A stretch of 35,931 nt of DNA from Octopus bimaculoides (lineage: Eukaryota), in the NCBI RefSeq assembly GCF_001194135.2, contig NC_068982.1, forward strand, positions 70,824,340 through 70,860,270, read 5' to 3'. A program made the translations under genes and the position numbers. The notes below the pieces were generated by a model. That model saw only the letters and a program-made list of their open reading frames with translations. It made no database searches and was not told the DNA's origin. Positions 31,465-35,931 of the stretch are shown here, in pieces; position 1 is the stretch's first letter; each line of letters opens with the position of its first letter.

Positions 31465-32082
31465 TCATGGCCTAGGGATTAGGGTATTGTACTCATGATC
31501 ATATGATTGTGGTTTCAATTCTCAGATTGGGCAGTGCATTGTGTTCTTGAGCAAAACACTTCATTTCACATTGCTCTTGTTCCATCAGTTGTAAATGAGT
31601 TCTAGCAGTATCCAGGAAGTTGACCCTGTGACAGACAGGTGTCCTGTCGAGAAGGGACTGTTGTAATCTCAGTCACTTATTTGCTTTGGAAATTGGGTGT
31701 TAAGCTCCAGCCTTATGAGTCTTAGGGCTCATGACACCTGGGTCTAAGTATGTAATGGCTCAGTGGTTAGAGCATTGAGCTTATGGTTGTGAGGTTGTGA
31801 GCTTATGATTGTGAATTCAATTCCTGGACCTGGTTGTGTGTTGTATTCTTGATCAAGACATTTTATTTCACATTGCTCCAGTTTATTCAGCTGTAGGAAT
31901 GAGTTGCAACATAACTGGTGCCAAATTGTATTGGCCTTTGCCTTTCCCTTGGATAACATCAGTGGCATGGTGAGGCGGGGTTGGTATGCTTGGGTGACTA
32001 CTGGTCTTCCATAAACAATCTTGGGAACTTTCTAGGTGCAATCCCCTGGTCATTCATGACCAAAGGGGGTCTTTACTTCACT
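31465..32082 (+). mobile_element. Two SINE family C copies (~31465-31735 and ~31750-32082)
   Basis: catggcctagggattagggtattgtactcatgatc and tggctcagtggttagagcattgagc heads; gtgttcttgagcaaaacacttcatttcacattgctc core. Confidence 0.8.
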
Positions 32083-32429
32083 TAACTAATGTTATGAAGG
32101 AAAAAAGTACCTTCTCTCTTACCAATTCTAGAAAAAGATTTGTCCAGACAATGAGCAGTTCCTCCAGTTTCAAAGCAGCACACTCCAGCATGACCACAGT
32201 CCAAAGACTGCAACAAATATAAGATAAAAGATATCCCAAAACAATTGTAACTTTTTAGATGTTATAACTAGTCATGTTTATAGGATATTGTTGTTCTGAC
32301 TTACACTACCCTAGTACCAACTTAGCAATAGATACTTTTAGAAGTTTTTGAAGGCTTAAGTTCCAACATAAGAGTTAGTAAGTGTTTCATTTGATTAGCT
32401 CAAAAACTCTGAAAGCATTATCATCATCA

Positions 32430-32640
32430 TCATCATCTTCATCATCATCATTTTAACATCCATTTTCCATACTCACATGGGTTGGATGGAATTGCTGATG
32501 TGGATTTTGTATAGTCAAATGCCTTTCCTGTTCCCAACCTTAACCTATTTCCAAGTAAAGTAATCTTGCCTCTGGTCCAGACATTTTTGTTTTTACACAG
32601 AAGATTGGAAATAAAACAGTGCTTTTATGATGATGATGAT
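32430..32640 (-). mobile_element. RTE-tail repeat variant
   Basis: (CAT)n then tttaacatccattttccatactcacatgggttggatgg...ccaaccttaacctatttccaag. Confidence 0.7.
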
Positions 32641-32812
32641 GCTTGTTTGCAACTATTATGCAATGTTAAGACAAGCACATATGCACATACGCTTCTATAT
32701 ATGTATACACACACACACTCACACCCACATATATATATATGTACAATGGCATTCTTTCAGTTTCTATCTTCCAAATCTTCTCACAAGGCTTTGGCTGAAT
32801 CTGTTCTTGTAT

Positions 32813-33200
32813 AGGTGCAAGCATGGCTGTGTGGTAAAAAGCTTGCTTCCCAACCACATGGTTCTGGCTTCAATCCCATTGCATGGCACCTTGGCCAAGT
32901 GTCCTCTACTATTACCTTGGACCAACCAAAGCCTTGTGAGTGGATTTAGTAGACAGAAACTGAAAGAAGCCCATTGTATATATATTTATGTGTATGTGTC
33001 TTTGTATCTGCATTTGTCCCCCTGTTCTGGTGTATTTATGTCCCCTTATCTTAGTAGTGCAGCAAAAGAGATCAATAGAATAAGTACTAGACATTTAAAA
33101 AAAAAGTTCTGAGGTTGATTTGTTCAACTAAAACCCTTCATGGTAGTGCCCTAGCATGGCCACAGTCAAAATGACTGAAACAAATAAAAGATGGTAAAAG
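32813..33200 (+). mobile_element. SINE family A, full length
   Basis: aggtgcaagcatggctgtgtggtaaaaagcttgcttcccaaccacatgg through gactgaaacaaataaaagat. Confidence 0.88.
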
Positions 33201-33280
33201 ATATCTACCTGTGAATTATAGCATGAAGATGGTGGTCTTAATACCCAAGGGATTATGGAACATATTTTAGATTATATATA

Positions 33281-33826
33281 CATGGTCTGATCAATGAGTA
33301 TCTGGACTGTTTCCATTGTAACAAAGCTAAAGCATGCAGAGTGAAGCTGCTTGGAACAAATTGACCTTGAACTCTGCCATGCATACGCACTAAGATTTAG
33401 CTCACTTCTGCTGTTTACAGCAGTACTTGGAAGGAAGTGTATAGCATGTAATCGCTGCATTGACCATGACAGAAAGTTGAGCAGAGAATTTGCATCAAAT
33501 TTTGCCAATAGCTTGGCGATACCTGCTCAGAGGTCTATGCAAAGTTTTCAAAAAGTCTTCAATGTTCTCAACACAATTGAGGAGATCTTGTGCAACTGGT
33601 CAGCTGAAAGCAGTTTAGGCACAAATGTCGCAGACACACATCTCATACCCAAATCTTCAGTGATAATGGACTGAACTGAGCCGTAACTGATCTGCACATC
33701 TTCTGATAACTCACGGATGGTGATTCAATGATTTCCCCTCATATCTGCACACACATTGCAATGTTTTTCTCAGTTCTGCTGGTTGTGTGTCTCCCAGAAC
33801 ATTTATCAATATCGATATTTTTCCAT
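33281..33826. mobile_element. Mariner 5' remnant with an internal inversion
   Basis: TA|catggtctgatcaatgagtatctggac TIR. The + strand encodes a frameshifted MTE..EQRICIKFCQ*LGDTCSEVYAKF; from 33556 on, the minus strand encodes SGRHTTSRTEKNIA..TIRELSEDVQISYGSVQSIITEDLGMRCVSATFVPKLLSADQ..VAQDLLNCVENIEDFLKTL. Confidence 0.88.
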
Positions 33827-33930
33827 TACTTATTCTATTGGTCTCTTTTGCCAAACCGCTAAGTTATGGGGACACAAACACACCAACTCTAGTTGTCAAG
33901 CAATGATGGTGGGAACAAACAAAGACACAC
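33827..33930 (-). mobile_element. SINE family A fragment truncating the mariner
   Basis: tacttattctattggtctcttttgccaaaccgctaagttatggggacacaaacacacc. Confidence 0.8.
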
Positions 33931-33946
33931 ATAAATACATACATAC

Positions 33947-33947
<1 letters not shown>

Positions 33948-34003
<56 letters not shown>

Positions 34004-34026
34004 TATATATACACATATATATATAT
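33948..34026. repeat. (AT)n microsatellite (one of many; others at ~3889, 21061, 35450 and elsewhere)
   Basis: Directly visible. Confidence 0.95.
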
Positions 34027-34333
34027 TATAATTAATCAAAGGACATATTAAGTATGTCTACCTGCTTAAAATATCAGTCAAAACACGTTATTAAATTGCC
34101 AAAAAATACACTGGTAATTACTACAGAAATCAAACGAAGGCAAAATTGGTTAAGACAATCAACTTACGTACATGTGGATTTACATAGACTATGATTTCAA
34201 TTTCACTTGACTCAACAGGTCTTCTCAAGCTCATCATATCACCCGACGATTCAAGGGCACTTTTAAATGGGCTGGTTATGCAACACTGGCATGGGCCATG
34301 GCTTCGGTCATCTATGTTAATTTCTCTCTAAAG

Positions 34334-34535
34334 CAGTAGTTCTCAACTGGGATCCATATGGCCCAGTGAACAATATACAAAATATTTTAACAGTTTCTTT
34401 TGATACAGTTCCTAATAATACTTAATTATAAAAATATAATATGATTTTTTTAAACATAAAATGGCTAGGTGGGTCCATCCAAGTAAAATAGGAATCATAG
34501 GGGTCCATGGGAAAAAAACTGGCTGAAAAACACTG
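34334..34535. mobile_element. hAT (Charlie-like) MITE, copy 3, with 8-bp TSD
   Basis: TSD CTCTAAAG (34326-34333) / CTCTGAAG (34536-34543), fitting the NTCTARAN Charlie target; ends cagtagttctcaac and ggctgaaaaacactg. Confidence 0.82.
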
Positions 34536-35451
34536 CTCTGAAGCATCATATTTTGGGACCATCACTTTCCTCTGTTGCATTTGTTGTTATCAATTTTGAA
34601 CAACGTCACTAGTAAAGTTTTTAACATGAGGAAATCCATTAACAGTTATATATTTCTATTTTGTGTTATTGCGTAGTAACTTCAGTAAAACTATTTCTGG
34701 AAATATCATGCCTCCAAAGTTACAGAAATAATCAGAAACTGCAAAAAATATCAACAATATTAAGAACAAGAAAAACAACCATTACATTTGCTGTAGTAAT
34801 GGTTGTGATATTTAGCAAAAGTAACAGTGGTGACAACTTAGATTATTTTCCGAGAAACTTGTAAGCACATATGCGTGCATGCACGCGCATGCACACACAC
34901 ACACACACACACACGTGCATACACAAACATATGCATACTTACTGTACATGTACATATACAACGTACCCAAGAAACCTTGGTAATCAAATTTTTGCTCAAG
35001 TTTTTATCTTTCTAAACCAATGCAATAATAGCTAAGAATGCTTATAATCATGATGCTATCTCTCTAGAATTATTGCTGCGTTACTGCTACTCCGACTTGT
35101 CAGATTTTGGAACATTCTCCAGGGAAATTATAACCACAAGTTGTTACAAGCTGAAAGCATAACAATTTTTGCTTTTTTCCCCACCAATTTTTTAATTTCA
35201 TTTTCCTTTACCTTTTTTTTTGGCAATGGTTTTTTTTTTTTTTTGCTTCCTCATTCTCAATTATTCATTATTTGCCACTCACCTTTTGTTGTCGCTGATA
35301 CCCTAACTTAGCTAAGTATTTTTATATATCACATTTGTGGAAAAAATTGACTGGAAATTCTGGGTTCATTGAATTTTTTAGTCTCCAATTGTTTAGAAAG
35401 AATGCAACAAGAATGTAATTTCGAATGACTAATTTTTTTTTTTATCTATTG

Positions 35452-35492
<41 letters not shown>

Positions 35493-35931
35493 TCATATAT
35501 ATGTATATAATTTCGTGATCCAAAATTGTTTTTATTCATTTCTATCTTCCGAATGTTTTGGGGTCGACCAGAAATATCTTACTTTATCATATTTATATAT
35601 ATATATATATATATATGTATCTATGTATGTCCACATATACATGTGTGTGTGTATATATCTATACACATATACACACTCTCACACACATATTTATTTGTGT
35701 TTATTATCAAGTTGTTCATTTTATTTCATAATACTGAAGTCCTCTCATCCATGCAAAACCCTTTTACTGCTGAGCAGTTTAATATTGTATCACTAAATTA
35801 CGATCTACGTCAACAGAAATATTTTATTATTTGTATTTGGTTGTTCGAAGTGGGGTGAGCGGAGAGAGTTTTTATCCTCTGTTTTGTTTTTTTGGGTGGT
35901 TTTTTTTTTTCCTATTTTTTCCTATTTTTTC

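Noticed and set aside
34687-34760. Frame NYFWKYHASKVTEIIRNCKKYQQY resembling a Gypsy integrase zinc-finger segment
   Set aside because: It is too short, lacks the second Cys, and has no flanking integrase similarity.
1-35931. CRISPR array, rRNA or prokaryotic operon-like systems
   Set aside because: There are no regularly spaced repeat-spacer units or rRNA motifs, and the sequence is intron-containing eukaryotic DNA.

Overview
AT-rich, gap-containing (N-run) eukaryotic genomic DNA with dense microsatellites. The SINE, LINE and mariner repertoire is the one I recall from Octopus genomes, so the species is an inference. There is one protein-coding gene on the + strand: the 5' part of a CEP112 (CCDC46)-like gene. 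Five coding exons (3658-3757, 7199-7262, 10195-10312, 16660-16713, 23866-24026) have canonical GT-AG sites and compatible phases. They splice into a 165-aa open frame whose first ~100 aa match the CEP112 N-terminal DUF4485 domain. A CpG-rich candidate promoter/first exon lies at ~750-1190. No later exon could be identified with confidence; it may lie in an N gap or beyond the window. The introns are filled with three tRNA-type SINE families, RTE and L1/Tx1 LINE fragments, three mariner remnants, hAT-type and TTAA-type MITEs, and Helitron/Helentron-like elements. The most notable non-standard signal is a set of minimal type I hammerhead-ribozyme motifs in Penelope-like terminal-repeat fragments (3950-4038, 5396-5483, 13503-13555). 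All complete motifs are antisense to the host gene, two carry an unusually large branched stem II, and two fold-back palindromes accompany them, one breaking at the predicted cleavage site. A mariner copy with an internal inversion at a 17-nt microhomology is also present. Most ORFs in the supplied track are artefacts of microsatellites, N gaps or repeats. There is no CRISPR array, rRNA or bona fide tRNA gene. Repeat boundaries are approximate (about +/-10 nt) and family names are from memory, not from a database search.
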